64,000 bases of DNA from Mugil cephalus (Eukaryota), in assembly GCF_022458985.1 (NCBI RefSeq), contig NC_061781.1, positions 26,385,222 to 26,449,221 of the forward strand, given 5' to 3'. Below, piece after piece: positions 38,860 through 51,480 of the stretch. A program made the position numbers and the translations under genes. The notes under the pieces were generated by a model, which made no database searches, was not told where the DNA came from, and worked only from the letters and a program-made list of their open reading frames with translations. Position 1 is the first letter of the stretch; the number at the start of each line of letters is the position of its first letter.

Positions 38860-40060
38860 CAGGCCTCTGCTCTCAATCAAAATCACTTATATAGGACCTG
38901 CCTCACAAAGTGAAGTAGACCAAAAGATCTTCAGAAGCTAGACACCATGCCAAGGTCCAAAGAAATGAATGAACAAATGACAAAGAAAGTAATTTGAGAT
39001 ACATCAGTTTGGAAAAGGTCGTAAAGCCATTTCAAAAGGTCTGGGACTCAACCACAGTGAGAGCCATTATCCACAAATGGAGAAAACATGGACCAGTGGT
39101 GAAATTACCCCAAGAGACTCATTCACAAAGTCAAAAAAGCCCCCACAACAACATCAAAAGAACTGCAGGCCTCACTTGACTCAGTTGAAGTCAGTGTGTG
39201 TCATGCAGACCAGTCACTTTCTTATGGTGGAATCACAGAATTCCAAGACCAAAAGCCCTGCTGAGCAAAAAGAAGTTTTGCCAGAAAATAACTTGATGAT
39301 ACCCAAGAATTTTGGGAAAATATTCTGCGAACTGATGAGACAAAAGCTGTGTGACATTACATCCAGTGTAAAAGCAACAACACATTTCATTTCATCATAG
39401 TAACAGTTAAATCTGGTGGTGGTAGTGTGATGGTCTGGGACTGTTTTGCTGCTTCAGGATCTGCAAGCCTTGTGATAAATGGAACCATGAAATCTGCTGT
39501 CTACCAAAAAATCCTGAAAGAGAACGTCCGTTTGTGATCTCAAGCTGAAGCGAAGTTGGGTTTTGCAGCAGGAAAATGATACAAAACACAGCAGTAAGTT
39601 CAATTGTATCCTATTGAGATGCTGTGGCATGATCTTAAAAAGCCGGTTCACGTGCCAAAAACCACCACTGTGGCTGAATTACAACAATTCTGCAAAGATG
39701 AGTGGACTAAAATTCCTATATAGCACTGTAAACGACTCTTTGATGTTACTGCAAACGCGTGATTACAGTTGTATCTCCTAAGTGTAGCCCAACCTGTTAT
39801 TAGGTTTAGGGGGCACACAGGGCCATGTAGGTTTGGATTTTGTTTTCCCTTAATGATAAAAACTTTCATTTTCCAGTTTGTGTTTATTTGGGTTATCTTT
39901 GAATAAAATTTAAATTAGTTTGATGATCTGAAACATTTAAGTATGACAAACATGCAGAAAAAAATAGAAATCAGGAAGGAAATGTCAGGGATTCCAGCTC
40001 TGCACTTACTACAGATCCCACCTTCTGTATCAGTTTGTCTAGCCACATGAGCTGTTCTTC
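38860..40060 (+). mobile_element. Tc1-like DNA transposon remnant (transposase gene with frameshifts plus 3' end)
   Basis: ISLEKVVKPFQKVWDSTTVRAIIHKWRKHGPVVKLPQ is the N-terminus. It also has GGSVMVWDCFAASG (the Tc1 GGGSVMVWGCF motif), a C-terminal PIEMLWHDLKKPVH...QQFCKDEWTKIP, and the shared 3' terminal region. It is part of a larger block duplicated at 58300-60000. Confidence 0.7.
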
Positions 40061-41325
40061 TTCTTAGTGCTGCCTCTCAGGCACACGGCGTAAAACAGGA
40101 CACTCGTACAGTAATATCATCAAAGATCACAGTCCAGCTGGTTCCTCACAGGGAGGCATTGTAGAGTCTTGTGGCCTGTGTGTATGTTACCAGACACCAT
40201 AAAAATAAACAAACAAACAAACAAAAAAAGTTCATAAAGACGTCTCTGATTCTGAAGTAAACAGGTGTAAAATGTTAATATAAACTAATATATGATCCAC
40301 CTGAATCCATTCTTCATGTTATTTCTTTGTCTTTTTGTTTTTTGAATCATTTCTAAAGGGTTTTTGTGTTTGCATCTGTGTCAGGCTGCATCCAGCTGGT
40401 GATGGCTGCACTAGGAGTGTCATTGCTATGGGGTGGGGGTGTCCAGTATATATATATATATATATACATATATACAGTATATATATATATATATGTATAT
40501 GTGTGTGTGCTATGTGGATGTGGATGTGGACTATTTTAATTTTAATTTTAGATTTGTTGTTTTAGATTTGTTGAAAAACTGATCAGTAGTTTCAGTCATC
40601 TTAGCTCAAGCTCCATATATACTGATATGAGTTGTATCTTTCACTTGTACAAACATGTTAAGTGTAAAATCAATAAGTGCATATATCACCTCCTTCCTAG
40701 TACTCCAAAAACATTCTGGCTGCAAATAATGTAAACAGAATGAGATATTCTTCCTCTTTATACTGTATACAGCATAGAGCTGAATGTAACGTTGTGCTTT
40801 TCATGACATATGCTACTGTGTTCTGCTTGGGATTGAATGTCCAGTCAAAGCCAGACTATCTCACACTTGTCAATGCAGAGATCTAAAAAACACACAGAGA
40901 ACCAGCTTATATCTGCAAGCAGTTAGCCACAACACATCCAGTACGTACCACTGAACATTACAGGCCCAACATACTTCAGAGATTAGATTTACTGAGATTG
41001 AAATAAAGAAACAAACAAAATGTGCGGAAAATGAGTCAAAAACAATTATATCACACGTTATTCTTCGTAATACTTTATTGTTAATGAAGGTTGGTATCCA
41101 ACTACATCAAACTAAAATGTTTATGATATCTGTCATTCAACAGACCTTTCAATATTCATGTTGAAATAGTTTCTTTAACTGTAAGAGACCAGGCATGTTA
41201 CAAATGTAAAACAATGCAATTTACTTAATCCACAGCATTTCCCTGCAGTGTTTTGCTTCAAGCTGTTTATTTGCTTTGAAGGTCAAATTTCCATCACTTC
41301 AAAAAAGGCCCTCCACAGTTCTACT

Positions 41326-42471
41326 TTACAGGACGTTGGCATTACAGGAGCCAGGAGTCAGTATTTGAAGTGTTACAATAACTTTCATAGATTTTCTAAA
41401 CCAGGGATAGAAAAAGGCGTAGATGATTGGGTTTAGACAGGAGTTAAAATAGAACAGAGAAACTACAAAGATAAAGGACAAAGGATTGATCAAAATGTCT
41501 TGGCTTGTCAATAAAACACAGAAATATGGACAGATACATGCTAGAAACACAAGTACAACAACCCCAAGAGTCCTGGCTGCTTTCAGTTCAGACTTCTTAG
41601 CTGTTACTTTCCCTGAACGCTGCAGAGTAAGAGATGTAATATTAGAGCGCATGGCACGAGCCTGAGACACAGCCACCACAAATACTCTCAGATACAGAAC
41701 TATGATGACACTTATGGGCAGAAAGAACGACAAAATGAGATCTACAAATTGCTTTGTCAAGTCAAAGTCAATCACACACTCTCCGATGCAGGAATTGAAT
41801 CTGCCTGGTTGTTCCAGACTCTCCTTAATCATCACTAATACATAGAAGAGAGAAAAGATCCAACACAGAGAGACACAGATCTGAACTCTCCTCTGAGTGA
41901 CTTTGGTGGGATAATGTAAAGGATAACAAATGGCAGCATAGCGGTCAACAGATATGAGCACCATGGTTCCTACTGAGGAAGATGGAATGACTATGGCCAG
42001 AACTGAATAAATGACACACACCAGGTCACTGAAATACCAGCATCCTTCTATGAGGGTGATTTGAAAGATCATGAGGAGGCCCACGAAAAAATCTGAGACA
42101 GCTAGAGAGAGGAGGAGGAGGTTGGTGGGAGTGTGGAGCTGCCTGGAGAAGGAAGAAAGAAACACACTTCTTATTATTGCTGGTAGTGATTATTATCTAA
42201 ACAGATAACCCACATCAGATCATTGGATAAGCATTCAAGAACATTTCTATTGAAGCTACTTCCACAGTCATATCTGTCCAGTTTGATAAAGAGATGAAAT
42301 ATGTGTCTACTTGAAGTGGGAGATGGAGATGATGACGAGCAGGTTGAGAGCTGCAGTCAGTAGAGAGATGGAGGACATTATACTGAGAAGACACACAGTG
42401 TCAAAATGAGAACGCTTTAGCTTCCTGCAGGAGGTGTTGAGCTGAGGAAAACAGAGTTCTTCTCCCTCCAT
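41326..42471 (-). CDS. TAAR, subfamily D, copy D4. complement(join(41326..42142,42311..42471))
   Basis: Exon 1 reads MEGEELCFPQLNTSCRKLKRSHFDTVCLLSIMSSISLLTAALNLLVIISISHF. Exon 2 has the same motifs as D1, but position 3.32 is Ala (codon GCC at 41997..41995, where D1 has GAC). Position 5.42 is Asp. Confidence 0.88.
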
Positions 42472-43409
42472 TGTCAGAGAGAGGAGGAGAGAGCTGCTGA
42501 GTTCTGGCAGCCTCCTGGCCTCAATTCAGAGTCTTATTGTTTATGGAGCTCTTCTGACCCTCCTCTAAGATTCTTGGAGGACCAATGTCCCTTGTGTACA
42601 TGTTGTTTATCATTTGTCATCAACTCTACAGTGCATCCTCCAGTAATAACATCAACCAATCAGATTGTTTTGTTTACTTCCTGACTGACTGCAGGCTGGT
42701 CACAGTGAAGGTGAAAGGTCAAGCTCAGCTGAAAATTGGTAAAACTCATTTTGTTTTCTTTCAGGTGTTGATTCAAAATTTGGTTGGTCAAAACATCTTG
42801 AATTAAGCTAACTAGCTTAAAATGTTTGCTATTTGTGATACCAAGTCACATCACGCTAAAGTTGTTTGACTTTCATCAAATCTGTCAGCAGTGTCAATAT
42901 GTGTCGCCAGCTGCAATCCTAATTCATGTAATGAATTCATATTTTGTTAAGGGAGTGGCAGTGAGAGGATCCAAATGCGGACAGACAAAGAAGTTCAGGT
43001 GGAATTCAACAAGTTTTATTTCTTGTTCCAAAGGGAAGACAAGTTGAGGATCTGGGGTGTGGAGGGGGCAGGCTAAGGAGGGAACAAGCTGAAACAGGAG
43101 CAGGCTGGGGGATTTCAGGCAGAGACTGGAGCAGAGTGGGACCGGGGAATCGCCCAGGCAGGCAGGAGCTGAAACAGAGAAACAGGGTCAAAAATGTGTC
43201 TCTTATCTTAAGTCTAGGACATAGAGTCAAGCAGTGTACTAATTGAACAGTGGCTACAATCTGGCAGTGAGGTGAGGCAGGGCTGAGTAGAAGTAGGCTG
43301 GTGGTGATTGCAGGATGAGTTGCAGCTGAGAAGCTGCTGATGGGCTCTCCTCCGGCTCAGCACACCTGAAATCACTCACCAGACACACACACTCAAACAG
43401 CAGCCGTAA

Positions 43410-43800
43410 CACATTTCCCACCATCTGTCCGAACCTCAGGTACATCCTTCCATTTCAGGCTGGTATGTTTGTGATAGAAAGAACAAAGATGAACTGATAT
43501 AATGGGACAGGAAAACAGAGGCCAATTAATAATCAGGGGCAGCAGTTGGATGTGACAGTGCCTTTCCCTCTAGGGGCAGAACCTGAAGGCCCAGGTAAGG
43601 CCGGACAGTGGTGGAGGAAGTCACGAATGATGACTTCAACTTGAGGACCCAAGATGTCTCAAGCTGTCTCCTTAAAGACTGTAGCCTTCCTATTCAACAG
43701 GGTATTGAAGGTTGTAGCCAAAAGTCGTTTAACCATGAACACAACGCTGTTATCTAAGAAACGTGGTGGAGGCACATCAAAGGTTGGGTGAATTTTCATC
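43410..43800. repeat. Dispersed ~390 bp repeat of unknown family (second copy at 49030..49420)
   Basis: ...atttgtccgaacctcaggtacatccttccatttcaggctggtatgtttgtgatagaaagaacaaagatgaactgatataatgggacaggaaaacagaggc.aattaat.atcaggggcagcagttggatgtgacagtgcc... is present about 1.0-1.2 kb upstream of both D4 and D5, so it belongs to the amplified block. Confidence 0.7.
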
Positions 43801-44549
43801 TACTAGGCAAGCTTCAGCCTCACAGAGAGTGGATTAACTACCTCAGAGAAAAGAATGGAGCAACAGCAGGGAGCCAACTCATGAGAGTCCATCCTTGATG
43901 TATAGCCATACTCTCTGACAAAGTTGGTAAGTGGGGTCAGGGGTACACCAGTGGTCAGCACTTGAAGTATATTACTTCCTGCATTTTTGCGAGCACCTGA
44001 TGAGCTTGTCTCCTGATGTGCTGACAAAACCAAAGCGAACCAAAGGCAGGGCAGTGGGTGCACCTACTTCCTTCTCGAGGTCTGGGAAAAAAGGTGGTTG
44101 AGAGTCATAGAAACAGTGAAAGGGGTAACCATCAGTAGCCGAGCATGTGAGTGTATTATTGCCATGCATCACACCTCCCTTACCCATTCCAACTGGTAGG
44201 CATCCCTGAGAGTAAGCTTGGAAAAACATTTTATCCCCTTGTATCTTTTCAAATGCAGGTGTGGAAGGGAATCCAGCACATCACCATCTACAGGATCTGT
44301 TTTGTTCTGGTTTGTTTTCCACTTTGGGGTGTGCATATCCATGTGTAAAAAATAATACAACAAACCTCCGAGGTGCTGAAGGTGATGCCTCACTTTCAGA
44401 TGAACTAAATCACTTATTTGCCTGCTCTGAAGTAAAGTCATCTGAGGCAGTTTTACCACACTTTATGACCAGTAACAATCACCACTTTAAAAAATTTCCA
44501 GAACACCTGCTCTGCACAACCAGCCTGTGTTTTTAGCACTGGAAGCTAA

Positions 44550-44960
44550 TTGCACAGCAAAGTCTACAGAAACTGGCCAAAGACAAACTTAGAGGGGGTC
44601 AATGTGGACATAGTTGAGGATTATAAGTATCTGGGGGTTCACATTGACAATAGAACACTGTCGGTCAATTCAGAAAGGGCCAGTCGTCTCTATTTTCTGA
44701 GGCAGTTGAGGTCTGTTACCATCGGCAGGACTTTGCTCAGGATGTTCCATGGGTCTGTGGTGGCCAGTGGCATCTTCTATGCTGTTGTTTGCTGGGGTTG
44801 GTTAAAAGACTGGTGCTGGAGGACTTCAGGGTTTGTGAAGATTGTTCTTGGTAAAAGTAAGTCAGACAAGTGTATCTGTGTACCCTCTGAGAGGGTAGTG
44901 AAACTCCAGAAAGTTCTTTCATTGTACATGAAATATGTTTTATCACAATTTGAGTCATAG
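44550..44960 (+). mobile_element. LINE ORF2 C-terminal fragment
   Basis: VDIVEDYKYLGVHIDNRTL...RLYFLRQLRSV...MFHGSVVASGIFYAVVCWG. Confidence 0.5.
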
Positions 44961-47188
44961 TTTTAAAATATATATCATTCATCAGTCACCTACAAGTACA
45001 TGTCACTTACTTGGCAAAAAGAGAAAGAAAGGAAGTGTAGGAGAACATTTTATTTCTCTCCTGACCCACCAGGAGGGGTCACTTCATCGAACAGTCCATG
45101 ACTGACAGGACTGTTGTTTCCTTTGCAGATTTCTGAGACCATAAAACAAAGCCATAAAACAAGCTTTTAAGCACATTCCCGTGCCAATGAACAAGGATTT
45201 AATACTTTTCACCAACAGGCACCAGAGATAAGAACAACCAGACTTCTCACCGCCTGGACCACCTGGGGATAAAGATCGTAAATAATTCAGAACTGCAAGA
45301 TCTCTCTCTGACTAGAACTACAGACTATTAAATGTACACTTGTAACCAAAATTATAATGTTTAATCTACACTCGGCTCGTGATTTGTGTTAAATTACAGT
45401 TTTGTTCATTTTTCTGGCTTAAATTTGACGAAGTTAGATGAAAGTATTTTTAATCATAAGTCTCTGCCATGGAGCCATACTGCCAACCAGAGACTAGTTA
45501 AAGAAATGTCTTTGGAATGTAATTTTAACAAGTATTAGTGTTATAGCATTTTAATAGTCTATATTATACAAAGCAAGCCTGGTTACCTAGCCCAAATTGA
45601 TCTACCTTTTTTATCTCTTGATATTACTTAGCGTTGCTTACTTTAATTATTTACTTATATGAATTAGGATGTTGTGGAAAGTCATAGAAATTAATGAATG
45701 TTCCTGATAACGTGTTTTCATGCCGACATGATGTTTCATTCATGAAAGTGTTCGATTTCATGTCTCTCTCTCATCCTACTTATGAGTTTAACATTGTGAG
45801 AAGTACAACCGTTAGTTAATACTCTCTTATGAGCACTGATATGTAAATCATAGAAAGGCGTGAAGACCAGTGTCGTGACAAAGAGACACACCCTGGAGAG
45901 TTGATGAACTAGAGCCTGGACAGTTCTCCCTCAGTTTTTAGTTTTTCGTTCTTGTTCTGTTCTTGTCTCAGTTCTTGCTCACTTCTTTTTAGAGTTAAGA
46001 TCTCTTCGTACTTCTTTTAGTCTTCGTAGTAGTTTTTTACTTTATCTCTAAGTTTTTATTGCCCGCCAGTTTTGAATTATTCACGCCACATTTAACGCAT
46101 GCATTTTTCAAAGTACAAACTCAATTTCCATCTTAACTGTCAAGACAGTCACGCATTAATAATATTTTTGAAGATATTTTCTGACCAGCCATCGGAAGTA
46201 TTTTTCAATTCATCATTGACAGACATGTTTTCACACACGCCATCAGATTCTGCTTCAGGACAATTTCACAGTTGTCCAGTTTGTCTACATATCACTGAGA
46301 AAGACTCCAGCTATAACCAACTGTAACTGAGGTTGAGATTTGCATGGCTGTCCAGCAATCAGCTCTCCACGCTTCGGTACCACTGATTATTCCCTGATGA
46401 TACCGCTGTGGAAGATCAAGCTCACCAGGACAGTGTTTGGTCCCCGATCCAGTTGATAGGAGCGGCATCCAAGGAGTTTCCATAAGTAGACTATCACCTT
46501 CATATTTGAGCAGAGAGTGATCGTGTTGTAATTATAGAAACCTTAAACAAATCTAAATAATTAATTTCAAAAATTAATTTCCGTTGCATCCTTATTTTTG
46601 CTCATACTTCTCACTTTTGTTAAACTTATTCATTTCAGTATACTCAGCATTTTCCATTACTCTATTATTTATCATATTGTTTATTATTCACTAATCACCA
46701 TTGTAAATAAACCACATATTTCACTTAAGTCGTTGTCAGAGGGTCTTTGTGAGCTGGAAACAGATGATCCCGGAACTGAAAGCTGATGCCCAATATATGA
46801 TGAGATTGATTATTTACTGATAATTAATACTGGTCCAATATTAATTGATTATTTCTCTGTGTATTATACATCTGTGGGTGGTGCCCCCTTTGGACGGGTG
46901 CAGTTATTATACTTAATTGTTTAATAACTTATTTCCACAACAGAGGCATTTATCAAAATATAGAAAGCACATTTCTACATAAAATTGTCTTAATAGATTT
47001 GACAGTTTTGACTTTAAGAATAGTTTTCCATTAAACTATGACACTGAGCCTGTACTGTGCTGGTGGAGATGCTCCTGATCATCTGTTCCACAGAACACAT
47101 TTGTAATATGCTGATTTAAAGTTTTTCTTTTCTTTTTTTTTTTTTTTTTTTCTTGGCTGGACATCAAGGTGACATCTCCACCAGCACA

Positions 47189-48330
47189 CTAGAGTATGTT
47201 GGCATTAGAGGACCCAGGCTTCAGTATTTGAAGTGTCACTATCACTTTCATAGATTTTCTAAACCAGGGATAGAAAAAGGCGTAGATGATTGGGTTTAGA
47301 CAGGAGTTAAAATAGAACAGACAAGTTAAAAATAAAGCAGATGAAAAATTGTACAAAGCCTCCTGATCTGTGAAAAAAACACAGAATATTGGAAAGATAC
47401 ATGTTAGAAACACAAGTACAACAACCCCAAGAGTCCTGGCTGCTTTCAGTTCAGACTTCTTAGCTGTTACTTTCCCTGAACGCTGCAGAGTAAGAGCTGT
47501 AATATTAGAGCGCATGGCACGAGCCTGTGACACAGCCACCACAAATACTCTCAGATACAGAACGATGATGACACTTATGGGCAGAAAGAAAGTCAACATG
47601 AGATCTACAAATTGTTTGATAATGTCAAAATCAATCACACACTCTCCAATGCAGGAATTCAACCTGCCTGGTTGTTTCAGACTCTCCTTCAACAACACAC
47701 CTGCATAGAAGAGAGAACAGATCCAACACAGAGACACACAGATCTGAACTCTCCTCTGAGTGACTTTGGTGGGATAATGTAAAGGATAACAAATGGCAGC
47801 ATAGCGGTCAACAGATATGAGCACCATGGTTCCTACTGAGGAAGACGTGATGACTAAAGCCAGAACTGAATACAGGACACACACCAGGTCACCAAAATAC
47901 CAGCATCCTTCTATGAGCGTGATCTGAAAGAACACGGGGAGGCTCACGAAGAAATCTGAGACAGCTAGAGAGAGGAGGAGGAGGTTGGTGGGAGTGTGGA
48001 GCTGCCTGGAGAAGGAAGAAAGAAACACACTTCTTATTATTGCTGGTAGTGATTATTATCTAAACAGATAACCCACATCAGATCATTAAGCATTCAAGAA
48101 CATTTCTATTGAAGCTACTTCCACCGTCATATCTGTCCAGTTTGATAAAGAGATGAAATAAGTGTCTACTTGAAGTGGGAGATGGAGATGATGACGAGCA
48201 GGTTGAGAGCTGCAGTCAGTAGAGAGATGGAGGACAGGATAACGTGAATACACACAATGTCAACGTGAGAACGCTTTAGCTTCCTGCAGGAGGTGTTGAG
48301 CTGTGGAAAACAGAGTTCATCTCCCTCCAT
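47189..48330 (-). CDS. TAAR, subfamily D, copy D5. complement(join(47189..48005,48170..48330))
   Basis: Exon 1 reads MEGDELCFPQLNTSCRKLKRSHVDIVCIHVILSSISLLTAALNLLVIISISHF. Exon 2 has the D-family motifs. Position 3.32 is Ala (GCT at 47860..47858) and 5.42 is Asp. Confidence 0.88.
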
Positions 48331-49599
48331 TGTCAGAGAGAGGAGGAGAGAGCTGCTGAGCTCTGGCAGCCTCCTGGCCTCAATTCAGAGTCTTATTGTT
48401 TATGGAGCTCTTCTGACCCTCCTCTAAGAGTCTTGGAGGACCAATGTCCCTCCTCCGTTGTTGTGTACATGTTACCCACAAGGGCTTTAAGGATACTGTT
48501 CATTGTTTGTCATCAACTTTGCAATACATTGAAGCCTTCAGTAATAACATTAACCAATCAGATTGTTTTGTTTACTTCCTGACTGACTGCAGGCTGGTCA
48601 CAGTGAAGGTGAAAGGTCAAGCTCAGCTGAAAACTGAAAATTGCTACAACTCATTTTGTTTTCTTTCAGGTGTTAATTCAAATGTTGGTTGGTCAAAACA
48701 TCTTGAATTAAGCTAACTAGCTTAAAATGTATGCTGTTTGTGATACTAAATGACATCACGCTAAAGTTGCTTGACTTTCATCAAATCTGTCAGCAGTGTC
48801 AATATGTGTCGTCAGCTGCAATCCTAATTCATGTCACGTTAAATCCTGTTCTGATGTGCTAAAGTGTCAGCGATTTTGAACTTATTTGCGTCATAGGTTT
48901 ATGAATGATGGTTTTAAAATCAATGGTGTTCTGTGCTGCAAGCTAAGTTGTATGTCTTATTATGGCGAGTTATTTGTGTTTTGCTTATATTGTCCATTCC
49001 AAAGCTGGACAACATAATTCCAAACCCCCACTCACACATTTTCCACCATTTGTCCGAACCTCAGGTACATCCTTCCATTTCAGGCTGGTATGTTTGTGAT
49101 AGAAAGAACAAAGATGAACTGATATAATGGGACAGGAAAACAGAGGCTAATTAATTATCAGGGGCAGCAGTTGGATGTGACAGTGCCCCTCCCTCTAGGG
49201 GTGGAACCTGAAGGCCCAGGTAAGGCAGGACAGTGGCGGAGGAAGTCACGGATGATGACTTCAGCTTGAGGATCCAAGATGTCTCAAGCTGTCTCCTTAA
49301 AGACTGTAGCCTTCCTATTCAACAGGGTATTGAAGGTTGTAGCCAAATGTCGTTTAACAATGAACACAACACTGTCATCGAAGAAGCATGGTGGAGGCAC
49401 ATCACCCTGTAGCCTATATTAACAATATAGTTATTCTTATCAAAGTGTCTTGAATCAAATCACAAAAGTATTTTATCGTCCTTTGTATTTCTTCTTTCAA
49501 ATAAAATGTGCACTTAACATGTTCACTTCAAAAATACACCTTGAACATGAAATTCCATAACAAAGTGGTCTTAAAATTAAAGAGGTAGTAGAAAACTGT

Positions 49600-51480
49600 T
49601 TGCAAACTTCTGTCCAAAGGCACTCTGTTAGCAGGAACAACAGAGATGTCTGGAGTGGTATGAAGATCATCACTGGTCTCAGGCCAGCTGGCAATAGAGG
49701 AATGGAAGGCAGTGTGGAATGGGCCAACAAACTCAATCTGTTCTTTAACAGATTTGATACCACTGCCCCTCCACCCCCATATAAACACCACCATCAACCC
49801 CTCCACCAGTGCCTGTATTGTTTTGTCTGCAACAACACCTTTTCCACTCTCTCCCTCTCTTTACTGCCCCTCATCTTCTTCGGGAGGACAGTGTCTCACC
49901 TCCACCCCCATACTAGGGCTGGACAATTATGGAAAAAATAATAATCACGATTATTTTTGATTGATATGAAATTGCGATTAATAAATACAACTATTCATTG
50001 ATTTCATAAAAAGTATTTATTGAACCACCAAAACTCAACTTTAAATATAGCTTTTTATAGCATAAATGTCACATCCTCCGTTATCTATCGCTGTCTCCGG
50101 GAGCCGGTGGGACATGGAGTGGCTGTAAAGAGTGTCCTCAAAGGAGGACTGAGTTGTGGTGGCGGTGGCTGAAGTTGATGCACTTTTTTGGGCCTTTTGT
50201 TCCTTCAATTCTTTGTCATAGACACTTCATGACGGAACTTTAAATGGTTAAATAAATTTGTTGTGTTCTTTGAGGTGCAGACACGGCGGCGCGACAAACT
50301 TTGCAAACAATCTCCTTCTGCTGCACATCTGACAATTTGAATCCAAAATGTCTCCAAATGACTGAAGTTGTCCTACCTGTCTTTTCAACTTTTCAGTTGA
50401 TCCACACACGTCACACGTGTAATTGTTTTCCTTCGATTACAGTGTTTTTATGATTGTGAGAAGCCAAAATCGAAATCGCGATCAAAATTCGATTAATTGT
50501 CCAGCCCTACCCCACATCTCCACCCCATCTACTGTGATCATCACTGCCGATGATGTTAGAAGACAGCTGGGGAATTTTCACTCTGGCAATGGGGTCAGCC
50601 CCAGGGTGCTCAAAACCTGTGCCACCCAGCTCTGTGGAGTCCTTCAGCATGTCTTCAACATATGTCTTCAGAGGGTCTCTGTAATGTGGAAGATGTCCTG
50701 CCTATTTCCTGTGCTGAAGACGCCGCGACCTGGTGGCTTGAAGGACTACAGACCGGTGGCGCAAGTCGGAGTTGAGGCTGCCATCAGTTTCGAGTACTGT
50801 GAGAGTCATGTTCTTTGACTTCTCCAGTGCTTTCAACACCGTCTTCTGGGTGAGAAGATGATGGCGATGCAGGTGGATTCCCCCCTGGTGTCATGGCTTG
50901 TTGACTACCTGACTGGCAGACCATAGTATGGCGCCTGCAACGCTGTGTGTCAGACAGGCTGGTCAGCAACAATGGGGCCCCCCAGGGGACTGTACTCTCT
51001 CCCTTCCTCTTCACCCTCTACACCACGGACTTCAACCACTGCACAGAGACCTGTCATCTCCAGAAGTTTTCTGATGACTCTGCAGTGGTTGGATGTATCA
51101 ACTATCAACGAGGTGGAGTACAGGGCTGTTGTGGACAACTTTGTTACATGGTGTGAGGAGAACCATCTACAGCTCAATGTGACGAAGACGAAGGAACTGG
51201 TGGTGGACCTGAGGAGGACTAAGGCGCCGGTGACCCCTGTGGGGGCCAGTGACATCTTCTATGCTGTTGTGTGCTGGGGCAGCAGGCTGAGGGTAGTGGA
51301 CGCCAACAGACTGAACAGACTGATACGTAAGGCCAGTGATGTAGTGGGGGTGAAGCTGGACCCTCTGACAGTGGTGTCAGACAGAAGAATGCTTCACAAG
51401 GTGAAAGTCATCCTGGACAATGAGTTGAACCCACTCCATGATGTACTGGCCAGAGTTCTTTCAGCTCCAGACTGATCACA
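49600..51480 (+). mobile_element. LINE (CR1/L2/jockey-like) ORF2 remnant, multiply frameshifted
   Basis: The linker is ...NKLNLFFNRFDT. The RT N-terminus is GVSPRVLKTCATQLCGVLQHVFN...KMSCLFPVLKTPRPGGLKDYRPVA. The RT core is GAPQGTVLSPFLFTLYTTDF...FSDDSAVVGCI...LQLNVTKTKELVVDLRR, followed by ...IFYAVVCWGS. Confidence 0.7.
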
